64,000 bases of DNA from Chrysomallon squamiferum (GCA_012295275.1 CM022674.1:10788001-10852000); one strand, 5' to 3'. Counted from the stretch's first letter, positions 26,470-40,447 are shown. The notes: generated by a model from the sequence alone, not told the origin. Program-made: numbers and translations.

Positions 26470-26501
<32 letters not shown>

Positions 26502-28264
26502 ACCTACTGGTTATTAATTCTGGAAGTTATATAATAATATCCAGGAACGTTCTACCTTTGAGTAAATTAACAAAAATGAAAAAAAACCAAAAACAAATAT
26601 GGATGTCAAAGAATCAAAATCATGGTATTTTTAAAAAAAATTGTTTATTTGTAATCATGGAGACAGAAACATAACTGATATAGAACTATGAACTGATAAA
26701 TATCAGGCTTTGTAGGGTGTTGATTCATTACAAAATGACACTCTGCAAAGCTTTGGCCACACTACAATACTATAGTTTCACACTGTAAGGGTTTAAACAG
26801 TTATAACTATATAACAATGATATATTAATGCAGGGATGATACAAATACAGTAATAATTTCACAGCAGCAGTTTAATGAATACATGAAAAAAATTGTACAT
26901 AACAGTGATATTTATCTACAGTAATATTTTTGTATGCTTTTTAAGTTCTGTACAAAGAACATACTTTAGGGAAACCTTTCAATTATAGGAAAATAGTTGA
27001 CAAAATAATGTACATAGACATTATTGTTGTTAGTTGTAAGTTATATTAAAAATAACTACATAAATTCACAAATATTTATATTTTATTCTTTGGTAAACAT
27101 TTTTAGTTTATTATTTTAGAAGAAAATAAATAATTTACTGTTTTTTTTTTTTATTCTTGTATTATCCTGATAAAAGTGTAATGAAGACGATTTATTTATT
27201 TATAATTTCTTTTTCTTCAAAAATTGTTGTGACATTTCAACGTTATTACAATCCTTATTGTAAATATTGTTATTTCTCTTGTTTAACATACAGTTTTAGA
27301 ATAAAAAAAAAGGAACCTAACACAGTGACAGATGAATCGAAACAATGGCTTACTTACAACAGTGTGAATGACTCCAACCATCTGTGAGTAAAGTCGTGTT
27401 TTTAAAAATGCAGTGGTACAAGATAAAACTGTGCTGAAAACATCAGTTTTACATTTATCCCTTTTTTAATTACAAACTTTTGAACAGAAAACCGTAATTT
27501 TAAAAAAGAATTAGTATAGCTTTATTTTCAAAAACCCATCCACTGATCCCACCACAAATATCCAGTTAATAAGTTTTAGCTATGTTTTCTATGTAACTTA
27601 ATTAAACTATTAACTATTAAATAGAAAACAAGAATTTTTTATGCCATTTTAAAATAATGAAAAAAAATTGAAATGCACAAATGTATTTTATTTTTTTTTT
27701 TTTATCAAAATGTATGTTGGTTACTTTAATTTTATAAATGGCAGTGAAAATTTATTATATATTTTTGAAAATGTTAAATAGCACCTGAAATGTTCAAATT
27801 AAGCACTGCAGAATTTGTTATAAATAACCAACATAAAATAATTTTACTTCACAAAGTTTTTAATGAAAAATAAAATTAAGTTTGTCTTGTTGCTGAACCA
27901 ATAATATTAAAATAAATTAAAATATATTTGATTTCTGCTTAAATTTTCAGTTATATCTTTAAATAGATATAAATAGTTATTAATGAAAAATATAATTTTG
28001 TTTAGATATGGAAGGCCAGGTTTTGAAAATGTCAGATAAAAAATCAAATTTTAAAACAATGTTTATTTTATTAAGCTGAAAATGGCACTGATTGAATTGT
28101 TTTTATACTGATCACATTTCAAAAATAATGTTTAAGAAATGTTAAACAAACCAGTTCTTATGGATATGTTAGGTGTCCAGTTTCAAAATAGCAAGTTGAA
28201 AAAGGTCTAATTTAAAGCAGTTTGTCGAAAAGTCTGTATTTTCAGAATGGCTGCGAGAAAGATT

Positions 28265-31200
28265 TTAAACAAACTCGTCTTTTATAGAGCTGATTTTAGC
28301 ACAGATCTTGAGAGCAGGCCCAAGCTTTATGTTCATCGCAGTCATCAGGTGGTCTTCTTTGAGCAGCAGCAGAGCCTGGCCGTCGATTTCTTGAGACCGG
28401 AACTCTTCAGCGTACGATGAGCAGCCCGGCAGTGAGTTGATGAATTCATACACCTCACTCACCTGTGAGTAATAAAATGTATACTTTATAGCTTTTATAT
28501 CTTATTTTCTTGTTTCTTGTTACAAATCTGCATAGTGGTATTAATATATAGTTGTTTATTTCAATAATAAATTTATTTCTCATTGCTATATGAGTGTTTT
28601 GAACAAACAGTATATTTCTGTATAAGTTTAAGTTGTTATTTTGTTTCTATTAAAATGCTGATTAAAAATGAAAGGTCTAGACACCTTATGGAAACAATGT
28701 AAATACTAAATGTATATTCTGAAGACAAAACATTAACTATTTATAACAAAAATTGTAAGCAACAACAACAATAATACGTTTGTACAAGTTAAAATACTCT
28801 GTTAAGTTAGAAAACTGAATGGTCACTTACTGTCCACTTGGCTGGGTCTGATGTTGCTGTTTCTGTGTTGGACATGTCAAAGTTAGGGTGCTGGATGGGA
28901 GAGGTTGGGGAGGAGCTACTCTCCTCCTGTCCACTGTTAGAACTGCTGAATTCCTCTCCATGAGACTGTGAAACAAAACAGTGCACACAATCAAATACAG
29001 GTTATAAGGCCAGTGATAATTTCTATCAAACATAGTAAACTTTAGATGTTTAGATGTGTATTATGTTAATGTTTAGATAAATTATATAACACACTGCTTG
29101 TACAGACTGGTAACATCTTAATTTAAATTGTAACAAATCCAATCAGTACTGAGGAATAACTGTTTTATTTGTTAGCTGTGTCTGAATTTTATTTATATAT
29201 TTTTGAGGTAAAAAAAGGAGTGCACTCACTTGCTGCATGGAACCCGCCTGATCAGGCATGTTGATGTTGTAAGACAAACGACCACCTCGCTCAGAACGCC
29301 AACCTTTACGATTCCCTACAATGTGTTTTCGTTTTCTCACAAACTTTGTCACCTTTCCAGTTAAAACTGCAAAATAAAAAAATAAATAAATAACATTCAT
29401 TTAAAACTAAATAGCTTAACAAAATTAAAAACATTTAAAACCTGTTTTAGTTCCTGAACCAGTTGAGAAACAAAAATGCAACATGTACAGAAAAAAAACA
29501 CAGAAATAATTTATAAATATATTAACTACAAAGTAGAAAATAAAACTAATCTTTTTGTTAAATCACATACTGAATTATTAAAAAAGAAAATGGTTACCTT
29601 TGTTTTCTCCTCTGAATATTGAACTTCGCTTGGAGCAGGCCACGTTGTATCGCTTGGCACACATTATAGAACAGAACCGCTTTGACCTGCGGAACTTGGA
29701 CTCTCGGTCCTGGTTTCCACAGTATTCACACGTCAACATGACTGGAGCTGGAGGTGCATTACCTTAAAGTTAATTTAACAAATAACAATCCCCAAACAAC
29801 AACACTCCAATAATAAACAAATAACAATCCCCACAACAACAATCCAGTAATAAACAAATAACAATCCCCACAACAACAATCCAATAATAAACAAATAACA
29901 ATCCCCACAACAACAATCCAATAATAAACAAATAACAAACAAACAATTAATTAATTAATTAAATGAATGAATGAATGAATAAACAAACAACAAATGAACA
30001 AAAAATAAAATAAAAACAATAAAGAACAAGTTATTAACATACTAAATAAATGGCAGGGTCAGTGCAAAATTGACGTATTTACCAAATTCTCAAAAACTAT
30101 GTTTTTACCTTTTACCATGTAATAATCTGATTTTCCTACAATATGTGCATTTATAATAGTTTTACTGATCTCAACGTTACACCAGCAGAACTCTTTATGG
30201 CTATTCAATATTTCTGCTCTGGGAGAATTACACCACTAACTGTAAAAGATGCTTTTTCAAATTTTTGCAACGTCAAACAACTGAATCAGTAAATGAAAAC
30301 CCACTGCCTGCTTAAAATGATAACAAAAAAAAAAGTCTGCTTCTTTTACTAAGTCATTGTAAACTATCATTTGGAAATATAATTATTATTTTGTTTAATT
30401 AAAAGAGGTTTCTCACTTATGTTTATTACATTCAGCAAGTTATAAAAACAGATTTTACACTACATGTTGACACTACAACAAAAGCTGTTTTCTTCGTTTC
30501 TTTTAATGGACTGAACAGTTAAAAACAAACCTTCAGGTTCCAGTACTGGGGGTGGGGGGTCCATAGAGAGATCTGGCATATCTTCATCCGACTCTCTGTC
30601 TGTCCGGCTGGGTTTTGGAGGCACGTATTCTGTCAGCAGTGACGATCTCTGAACCTGACAACAAAACAAGGAATTTCTTACTGGATATCTTGAAAGAGGT
30701 TTATTCACACAGAAAATCTTGTTTCATAATTAACACAGTGAGACAGTTTTCATTCTGAAGTACTGGTAACTATTCATTCATTTGTTCAAATGACTTTAAA
30801 GATTTATAATTTCATTATTTAAATAAATGGAAAATCTTATAAAAATCTGAACATGATTCAAAATAAATATTAATGAAAAATAAATAAACAATAATAATAA
30901 TCATAATAAATTAATTAATTAAAATAATAAATAATTAATAAATTAAAATAAATAAAATACTGACTGGGAACGGTTCTGGTCCCTCCTGGATAACAAAGCC
31001 TTCAATGATATGAGTCAAAATATGTGGCTTAACAATCGCCCTCTGTTTCTCCACCACAGGAGTCTGCTCTGGCAGGAGAACAGGCTTGCTAGGCACTGGC
31101 TCCTCCATTGGCTCCTCCTTTCTGGTCTCTTTACTACTCTTCACCTCACTCTCAGCACCAGATTCCTTCGTTTCTTGGGAAGAACTGGTCTCCATGGCAA

Positions 31201-34200
31201 CATCCAATGATTTACTGGTTTCTGTCTCTGTGACATCCGAGTTTGACTTGGCTGTTTCTGTCTCAGAATCCGATTGGTTCTTGGCGGCGGGTGGAGTGGC
31301 ATTTGATTGGCTGACAGGAGGGAGTATTTTGACAGGAGTTGGACTCTGTTTCTGGACTGGGTGAGTGGTGGCAGTGGGCACAGTTGTTGTGGTTTTTGAC
31401 GAAGACTTGGATCGGCTCTTCTGTTTAGGAATCACTTGTGGTATGTTCAGCTTGGTTGTCTGACCCAGCTTGGTTGGATGAACTTTGGCTGAGGATTTTG
31501 AAGGCAGCAGTGTTTTTCCTGATGGTGTTTTGGAGCCACTGTTTTTCACCTGGGAGTTATGTGGAAGTTCTATTTTGTTTGGCTTCATCCCAGCCACAGC
31601 TTGCATGTATGGCAGCTGATTCTGAAAAACAATTAAAAAAAAAAATTATAATATTTAACTAAATCTAAAAATATCTGTATTCTGATTACTGCACTAATTA
31701 TTTAACTAAATCTAACAACAAACTAAAACATGTCTATGTCCTGAAGATGTTTAATATAAGACTTCAGTTCTTCTTCTTTGTTTCTCTTGATTTTTAAAAT
31801 GATTATCCCAATCCAGTCTTCTTCCATTTGACAGATTACTATCACAAATGTGTTTATAGTTAGTTTATTCCTATTTGGCCACAATAAAAAAAAAAACTGT
31901 GATACAAACAGTACTGTTACAAGTATATTTAATGACACTACTCTTACTAAACCCTCAGTGTAGATTGTCAGTGATATACTCCTTACATACACATTAACAT
32001 TTTAACATATTTCTAATAAACCTGTCATCTTCACATCCATGTGGATTTTATATATTTTTGTTATATTACTCTGTGTGCATATGAAAACTGATAAAACTGT
32101 CTGTTTTAAAATGTGATATATATTCAAACTGCCAACATGCTGCTGTTCTCATTTCAGATCATACTGTACTCGTTGTCATGGGAACAGTGTTTAGTGTTAT
32201 CACTAAATGAAAATATCTTGCTTATTTTGTCACAACTGAGCATATTGTTTGTTTTCTTTCTGGCGTGAAATTGCCCCAGTGTCAGTATTAGTAACTAACA
32301 TTCACACATGTTCATATATACAGATATACTCATAAACACACGTGCGCATGCTCACACATAACATATAAACACAAACACACACACATACACACACACTCTA
32401 CCACTAACAAAACACACACATGTAGTCATATATATACGAATAAATATGTAACTGCCAATAATTTAAATACAACAACCATAAAATCAGAAAGGGGACATCA
32501 CAACAAGATACTAAAGGTAAAAACCCACTAAAAAAAATAAATAATAATAATAATAATAATAATAATAGTAATAATAGATTCTATAAAACTAGGGTACTAA
32601 AAAAACCCAATATAAAATACAAATATAACAATATTTCCCATTAACAAAACATAAAATATCTAAATAAGAAAATTTCTTAACAATAAAATTTATTTACAAA
32701 ATCTTTATTTTTAATTTAAATTTTCTTAATTTGTATAACATTAATAATGTTATTGTTAGAAAAAAAAAAAATATATATATATATTGAATTTTTTTTGCAA
32801 TAATAACAATACTGAAAATACAACAATAATATGAATTGTTCATTAAAGAAAACCTAATTTTAAATCTAAAACAAAAAACAAAAAAACAAAAACAAAAACT
32901 GAAAGATAAAGAAATGAAAGGATGTACAAAAATTGGTTTGTCACAACAGATTATAAAGTAAATTCCCCCAAAACACAGAGAGCACCACAGCTCAACAGAG
33001 AGAGATAGAGACTTACGACAGAACTTTCATTCATTCCTGGATATTGCTGCAGGAACTGTAGATTAGAAGGAACAATGTATTGGGTTTTATATAAAAAAAA
33101 AAAAAATTTAAATGTTAGAGATCATTACTTAGTGAAAATACAATATCTATGAATATGTATGGAGGTATGTGAGTTATTATATATACATATAAATAAATAA
33201 ATGATGTCAGATCCCACTTAAATAAAGATTATGTATGTCAAGAATAGTTAATGTCTGTACATAAACAATTTTAATTTAAAAAAAAGAAACTGCTTAGATG
33301 ATAAATGATAAATCTTTGGATATATAAAAAGCCTTCCTAGCTACTGAAGTTTAAATATACTCACCTGCATATTAGCCATCATTCCCTGAGGTTGTATGGG
33401 ACCAGCAGTGCGAATGTACAGAGACTGGCCTGCCATGATTGCGGGTGACTGGCCATGGCCTGTAAGCAGGGGCTGATGAGCAGCCAATGGGATTCCTTGT
33501 TGCAAATTAGCCATAGCCTGTAGAACAGCCTGGTTTGTTAACAGTGGTGTTGATTGGATGATCTGCCCTGTGTTGGTGACAAGCTGCGGCTGACTGAAGC
33601 GAAGAGGTGCCTGTGTGGTGATGAGCTGTGGCTGACCTTGAACTTGACCCTTTGACTGTTGTAATAATAACAGAAAAACTATCATTAACAAATATTCTGA
33701 CAATTATATAACATATATATATATATATATATAAAATAATGTGAGGTACTAAATAAAAATGAAAAGCATTGTTTTAATTGTTTTTTGTTTTTTTTCAGAT
33801 GCAGTTTTTTGAATATGCGTCATCTGTAAATCTAATTAATTACCTGGGCAACGAGAGCTTGATTAGCAGCATTCTGACCAAAAACAGCACCTAAAAGATA
33901 ATTGTAATTTTTACTATAATATCAAATTACATTTAAACAATTCATTTTCTTAAATGTGTTGAAAAAAAAGGTAACAACATTTTTCTTCTGTTCTTTTCAA
34001 TAACAATGTTCATTAGATCATTTAAAATTTTAAACAACACCATTACCATTGTATTGAAAAAGTATTAAAATAATAGTTTAAAAAAAGGCTGAATTCCCAA
34101 TATACAAATATCAACAAAATAGAATTAAAAAATCACCAGTCTTACCAAGCTGTCCAAGCACTAATGGCTGAGCCTGTTGTGACATCACAGCAGGTTTGCC

Positions 34201-35753
34201 ACCAATCATTGGAGTTGCTTGCCCTTGTTGTATCTGATTTTGTTTTCCACTGTTTTGTTTGCTGTTGGAGTTTGTTGATCCTTGGCTTGAATGAGATGAT
34301 GTTGTTACACAGCCTTGTTGCTGCTGCTGTTGTTGCTGCTGCTAAAGGTTATAAATGTTCTCTTTGATAATCGTTATTTAAAGGCCATTAAGCATTTTGT
34401 ATATTTATGTAAGTAACAATCACACACGCACACAACATATATAGTGTCCCACACCTAAAATACACTTTCTAAATGTGAACAATTTTATGTTAAATATTTT
34501 TGGACTCTTGAATATTATATATGTATAATTTTGTTTAATGTCATAACAATTCTTAAACATTTGAAAACACAACTTGGGCAGCTTACTCCAAACTTTGATG
34601 TCACTATTTTATATAACAAATCAGTAATCTGTCACAAAGCTAAGTTTTGTATTTAAAGCTATTATCATTTTAAATAAGTTCATGTCACTACCTGTGACAT
34701 CATACTGGGTGACATTAGACCAGGACTTGTAGGACTTACTGAGGGTGGTCTCCCTTGCATCATGGCTGTCATGTTCAGCTGCTGTTGGGCCATGGCAGCT
34801 AAATAGTTAAAATAAATAGAGACGCTGTACTTGTGCTTTTATTAGCAACGAACAACAACTACATTATATATATATATAAAACGTGAATCTATGATAGAAC
34901 AGTTTATTTTAAAATCAAAATAATATAGAGTTTAAGATTAAATCATTATAAATCAGCATTTTTAATTGTAAATAATAAAATAATTAAATGTTAAAAAATG
35001 TTTTAGTATCATTTTGTACCAGTGGTTTATCATGACATTCTTTTAAAAAGAAGGTAGAATTCTTCAAATCATACAAAATAAATATGAGTAAAAATGAGTT
35101 TTGCTAAACATAATTGCACTATAAGCATATTTTGAAATGTTTTGTTTCAAAGACTGTAATATTAATGATATTTTTTTGTTTTTTAATCCATGATATTTTT
35201 TTAATGTAGAATTTCTAACAATGTTATTGAATTAATGATATCATGATAATAAAGAAAAATAATTTGGATGCCTACTAAATAAATCTAATTAGGTTATTTA
35301 TATATGTTACCATATATTCATGCATAAAGATTTTCAGTATCACAAGTTTGGTAATAATTAACATAAAATGTTATTACTACTTCACATGAAATGTATGACT
35401 ACTTTATATAAAAATATGCTACTTAACACAAAATGTATTTACTACTTAACATAAAAATAATAATACTTCACATAAAATATATTACTCTTTCATATAAATG
35501 CATTATTATTTCACATAAAATGCATTCCTACTTAACACAAACTGTTCTTACCGACTGCAGCATTCTGAAGCATGAGTTGTTGATTGTAAGGAAACTGAGT
35601 TAAATATGGCGGACCATGCATTGTCTGAGGTATTACTTGAACTTGGGGCAATGGTCCTGGAGATCGTATTGTTGTTGCCATGGAGGCAATAGGTGTGGAT
35701 GCAGTTGTGGCAGCAATGCTGCTAGGCGTAGAACTGGTTCTCTGTTCAGACAT
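28265..35753 (-). CDS. PHC: Polyhomeotic-like protein (PRC1 subunit, PHC family), 12 coding exons, about 765 aa
   Basis: Exons in transcript order: 35753-35552, 34798-34692, 34341-34146, 33890-33844, 33655-33365, 33055-33017, 31621-30965, 30654-30531, 29762-29598, 29366-29230, 28965-28831, 28462-28265. All introns are GT-AG and phases match (2298 nt). Q-rich N-terminus, S/T-rich stretch, HD1 (KPHILTHIIEGFVIQEGPEPFPV), FCS zinc finger (CEYCG...RFCSIMCAKRYNVAC) and C-terminal SAM (DPAKWTVSEVYEFI...EIDGQALLLLKEDHLMTAMNIKLGPALKI). Confidence 0.95.
29776..29945. repeat. About 37-bp tandem repeat x4-5 next to the FCS-exon acceptor of Polyhomeotic
   Basis: Unit ataacaatccccacaacaacaatccaataataaacaa. 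Confidence 0.85.
33017..33055 (-). CDS. PHC: 39-nt in-frame micro-exon of the Polyhomeotic gene (FLQQYPGMNESSV)
   Basis: Minus strand reads ccttctaatctacag|TTC...GTC|gtaagt. It is 13 stop-free codons, phase 0-0, between two phase-0 exons. Confidence 0.7.
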
Positions 35754-36313
35754 TTTTGTTGTTCTACTGAAATCTGAAACTGAATTACCAATATTCTTGT
35801 TTGTACTTCTTTCAGTGTCAAATGTAAATTAATTTCTTTATAAATGTATTTACAAACACTCTTCCATTATTATATTAAATTATATAAATAAAATGTAATT
35901 TCATGTTTTACCCAAAAATATATAAATTTTGTTATCAGTTGACAATTCTTTCACTAGATAAAACAAAATGTATATTGAATGGTAATACAGCTGTAAGATC
36001 AGAACTGAGATTATTTCAATGGTATGGAACAAACAACACTATTTCAATCTGCAATTTCAAGCTGAACTTTAAATATACATATTATATTGTCATAACGTAC
36101 TAATTTCAAAACATTGAAACGCCAAGAGTTACTTCCCTTGCTTTCATTAAACCAATTTCATATTTTCATTTATTCGTTTGAAAAACATCTAGAATGTGAA
36201 TACTACAAGCAACTGATGCAGCATTTGTTAAACAGTCACAAACACTAATATTACAAAGCAACGAATTACTTGAAAATATATAGTGAAATATACGAAATCA
36301 GTCCGTAGCTCAT

Positions 36314-36455
36314 ACTTACAACAAATAAAATATCTTTACTTTGTTACCAGTCGGCCATTTTGCCTTGCCTTAATGGTGACGTCACAAGCACTAGCCAGAA
36401 CATTGTGGAGTTTCTCATCAGAGATTGGTTACAGTTTGACTAAGGGGCGTGACAC
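36314..36455 (-). promoter_or_regulatory. Polyhomeotic promoter and short first exon
   Basis: Minus-strand donor gtaagt at 36319-36314, YY1-type AAAATGGCCG at about 36352-36361, perfect CRE TGACGTCA at 36377-36384, CCAAT box at about 36424-36428 and GC-box-like GGGGCGTG at about 36444. Confidence 0.65.
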
Positions 36456-36819
36456 ATAACGAAATGATCAAAACTGTTTTCTTTCGTCTTTTGTCCTTGT
36501 TGTTTTTCTTTTCTTTTCATCCAACGACTCTTTCACTTTCATTATATTAACAAAATTTGTGCATATTTGCGCATATCTAAAAAACCTAATTTTTAAAAAA
36601 TGTGTGCGAATATATGCGCATCTATAAGCATTTTAAAAATTAATTAGACTATTTTAGAAATGTTGCAATTAGTAGTTACTTATATAAATTCAAATTTCTA
36701 AAAAAAAATAATTAATAAGCAAATTAATTAGTAAACAAATTATAAATAATAAATTTGTATAAATAAATAAATAAATTTAAAAAGTAATAAATAAGTAAAA
36801 AGTAAAAAAAAAAACAAGA

Positions 36820-36850
<31 letters not shown>

Positions 36851-36924
36851 CCAAAATAATTAGGTGTATTTGAAATAAATGAATAAATCAAATACTTTTA
36901 AACAGCACAATAATAATAATAATG

Positions 36925-36977
<53 letters not shown>

Positions 36978-37051
36978 GAATATTTTTCAGGTAGTAATTT
37001 CTTAATGATCTTTTTATTGTTACTTTTTTTTTAGTTTCCATTAATAAATAG

Positions 37052-37111
<60 letters not shown>

Positions 37112-37384
37112 TGGAGGACCAAATATTCTAGAAAGCCTGAGTCATCAGAATTTATCATTATTATTATTTTAAAATTAATTGTGATCATTTAATATAAGAA
37201 AGAAACTGCAGCCAAAATGTAACTGTGGATGAATACTTTATTTGAAGTCTGAGAAGTGTGGAAAATCAGTTTGGACAATGAGTCAGTAATAAGTACGTTT
37301 TAACAAGTGTTTGTAGTGCTTGCAGTTCGTATTAAACGTTTTTTTTTTTTTTATATTATTTAATTTGTTCAACTGAATTAAGCA

Positions 37385-39385
37385 GATTTGTTTGATTTGT
37401 ATTTCTAGTCTGTATCACTGTACACCACGTAACTGAAGAGTTTGATAAACTATATTTCTACTTTGTATCATTGTACATCACGTAATTGCAGAATTTGATA
37501 AACTGTTTTTCTACTTTGTATTGCTGTACGTTACGTAATTGTAGTTTGATAAACAGTTTGTATTTCTACATTACTGTACACCACATAATTGTAGTTTGAT
37601 AAACTGTATTTTTAGTTTGTATCACGTAATTTTAGAGTTTGATAAAATGTTCGCATTTCTACTTTGTATTACTGTATATCACGTAACTGAAGAGTTTGAT
37701 AAATTATTTTTGTTTCTAGTTTGTAACACTGTACATCACGTAATCGAAGTGTTTGATAAACTGTTTGTGTTTATACTTTGTATCACTGTACATCATGTAA
37801 TTGTAGAGTTAGTTAATCTGTTTGTAATTCTTGTTTGTATCCCTGTACATCGTGTAATTAAAGAGTTTGATAAATTATTTTTGTTTCTAGTTTGTAACAC
37901 TGTACATCACGTAATCGAAGTGTTTGATAAACTGTTTGTGTTTATACTTTGTATCACTGTACATCATGTAATTGTAGAGTTAGTTAATCTGTTTGTAATT
38001 CTTGTTTGTATCCCTGTACATCGTGTAATTAAAGAGTTTGATAAATTATTTTTGTTTCTAGTTTGTAACACTGTACATCACGTAATCGAAGTGTTTGATA
38101 AACTGTTTGTGTTTATACTTTGTATCACTGTACATCATGTAATTGTAGAGTTAGTTAATCTGTTTGTAATTTTTGTTTGTATCCCTGTACATCGTGTAAT
38201 TAAAGAGTTTGATAAATTATTTTTGTTTCTAGTTTGTAACACTGTACATCACGTAATCGAAGTGTTTGATAAACTGTTTGTGTTTATACTTTGTATCACT
38301 GTACATCATGTAATTGTAGAGTTAGTTAATCTGTTTGTAATTCTTGTTTGTATCCCTGTACATCGTGTAATTAAAGAGTTTGATAAATTATTTTTGTTTC
38401 TAGTTTGTAACACTGTACATCACGTAATCGAAGTGTTTGATAAACTGTTTGTGTTTATACTTTGTATCACTGTACATCATGTAATTGTAGAGTTAGTTAA
38501 TCTGTTTGTAATTCTTGTTTGTATCCCTGTACATCGTGTAATTAAAGAGTTTGATAAATTATTTTTGTTTCTAGTTTGTAACACTGTACATCACGTAATC
38601 GAAGTGTTTGATAAACTGTTTGTGTTTATACTTTGTATCACTGTACATCATGTAATTGTAGAGTTAGTTAATCTGTTTGTAATTCTTGTTTGTATCCCTG
38701 TACATCGTGTAATTAAAGAGTTTGATAAATTATTTTTGTTTCTAGTTTGTAACACTGTACATCACGTAATCGAAGTGTTTGATAAACTGTTTGTGTTTAT
38801 ACTTTGTATCACTGTACATCATGTAATTGTAGAGTTAGTTAATCTGTTTGTAATTCTTGTTTGTATCCCTGTACATCGTGTAATTAAAGAGTTTGATAAA
38901 TTATGTTTCTACTTTGTATTACTGTACGTCACGTCATTGTAGTTTAATAAACATTATTTTCAGTTTGTAACATTGTACATCACGTAATGTTAGAGTTTGA
39001 TAAAATGTTTGTTTTTCTACATGTCACGTAATTGTAGAGTTTGATAAACTGTTTGCATTTCTACATTACATCACTGTACACCATGTAACTGTAGTTTGAT
39101 AAACTGTTTGTATTTCTACATTACATCACTGTACATCACGTAACTGCACAATTTGTATTTCTATATCACTGTACACCATGTAATTGTAGTTTGATAAACT
39201 GTTTGTATTGTTAGTTTGTATCCTGTACATCACGTAATTTTTGAGCTTTTAAAAATGTTTGTGTTTCTAATTTGTATTACTGTAGGTCACGTAATTGTAG
39301 AGTTTGATAAACTGTTTGTATTTCTAGTTTGTATCATTGTACATCACATGTCTGAAGAGTTTGATCAATTATTTGTATTTTACAC
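37385..39385. repeat. 57-bp satellite with a homogeneous 171-bp (3x57) higher-order core (7 copies, 37690-38886) and diverged monomer flanks
   Basis: aagagtttgataaatta recurs at 37690, 37861, 38032 ... 38887. Each unit has three related ...ctgtacatc(a/g)... subunits. Confidence 0.95.
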
Positions 39386-40253
39386 AATGCAAATATTTAT
39401 TTAAAACTGTAATATTAAAAAAGAAAACAAACAACAGAAAATCATGGAAGATAAAGTACTTTAATGTTGCTGCCTGGCAAATAATGCCATTTTTTGCCAG
39501 TTAAAAATAATGTATAAATATATACATTTATAAACATATATAAAATAAACTACAAGAAATAAAAGAATACATATCCTTTTCTTTCTGAAAAAATCACGTA
39601 GAAATTATCAAACTGAATCATTAACTTGATAAAATTTTAAAACAAAATTCTAAATTTTGAAATAACAATACAAAATAGATCTGATATTAAAAACATATTA
39701 TTTGTCTATAAAGAAATGAAGTAAATAAAAAACATCTGATATAATATATAAAAGTGGTCTTAGATATGTCTACATAAAATGATTTCTGACTTTTCTGGCT
39801 TGTTAATGGTCTGTTAATGTTTAATGGGTAAATAATAAACTATTGGTATTTAAATTTCAAATTTAATTATCTTTATAAAACAGAAAATACAAATTACATA
39901 GTGGAAAGAATAATACTTGATCAAACTCAGAATATCAGATATAAAAAAAAAGAGAAAAAAGAGCAACAAGTTGATTTTGGATGCTATGGATATTATTACT
40001 TCTTGTTATTATAACAAAACTGAATACACACCTCCAGTTTAATTCAGAAACGTAGAGATCTATCAAGAAATTAATTATTGTTGTATCTGTATGCAGCATT
40101 ATGAAAATTATTGGTTTGGCAGGATATTCTAAATTTAAATGTTTTAGGTTATATAATAATTTATGATGAAATAAGTTATGTTAATTTGATCCCAGTTAAT
40201 GATAGAGAAAAATGTTGTTAATTTGTATAATATTGTTATATATATACAATATA

Positions 40254-40354
40254 CACCCACACCCACATCCACACCCAGACCCACCCCACCCTAACACACA
40301 CACACACACACACAGACCCATACAAACACACACACACACACACACAGACCCATA

Positions 40355-40394
<40 letters not shown>

Positions 40395-40400
40395 CCCATA

Positions 40401-40447
<47 letters not shown>

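Noticed and set aside
31010-31662. Plus-strand ORFs overlapping the large Polyhomeotic exon (likewise 44123-44842 opposite the unknown gene)
   Set aside because: Antisense shadows of real coding sequence.
37690-38886. 171-bp period as primate alpha-satellite/centromere
   Set aside because: The length is coincidental (3x57). I see no sequence resemblance or CENP-B box, and the array is only about 1.2 kb between genes.
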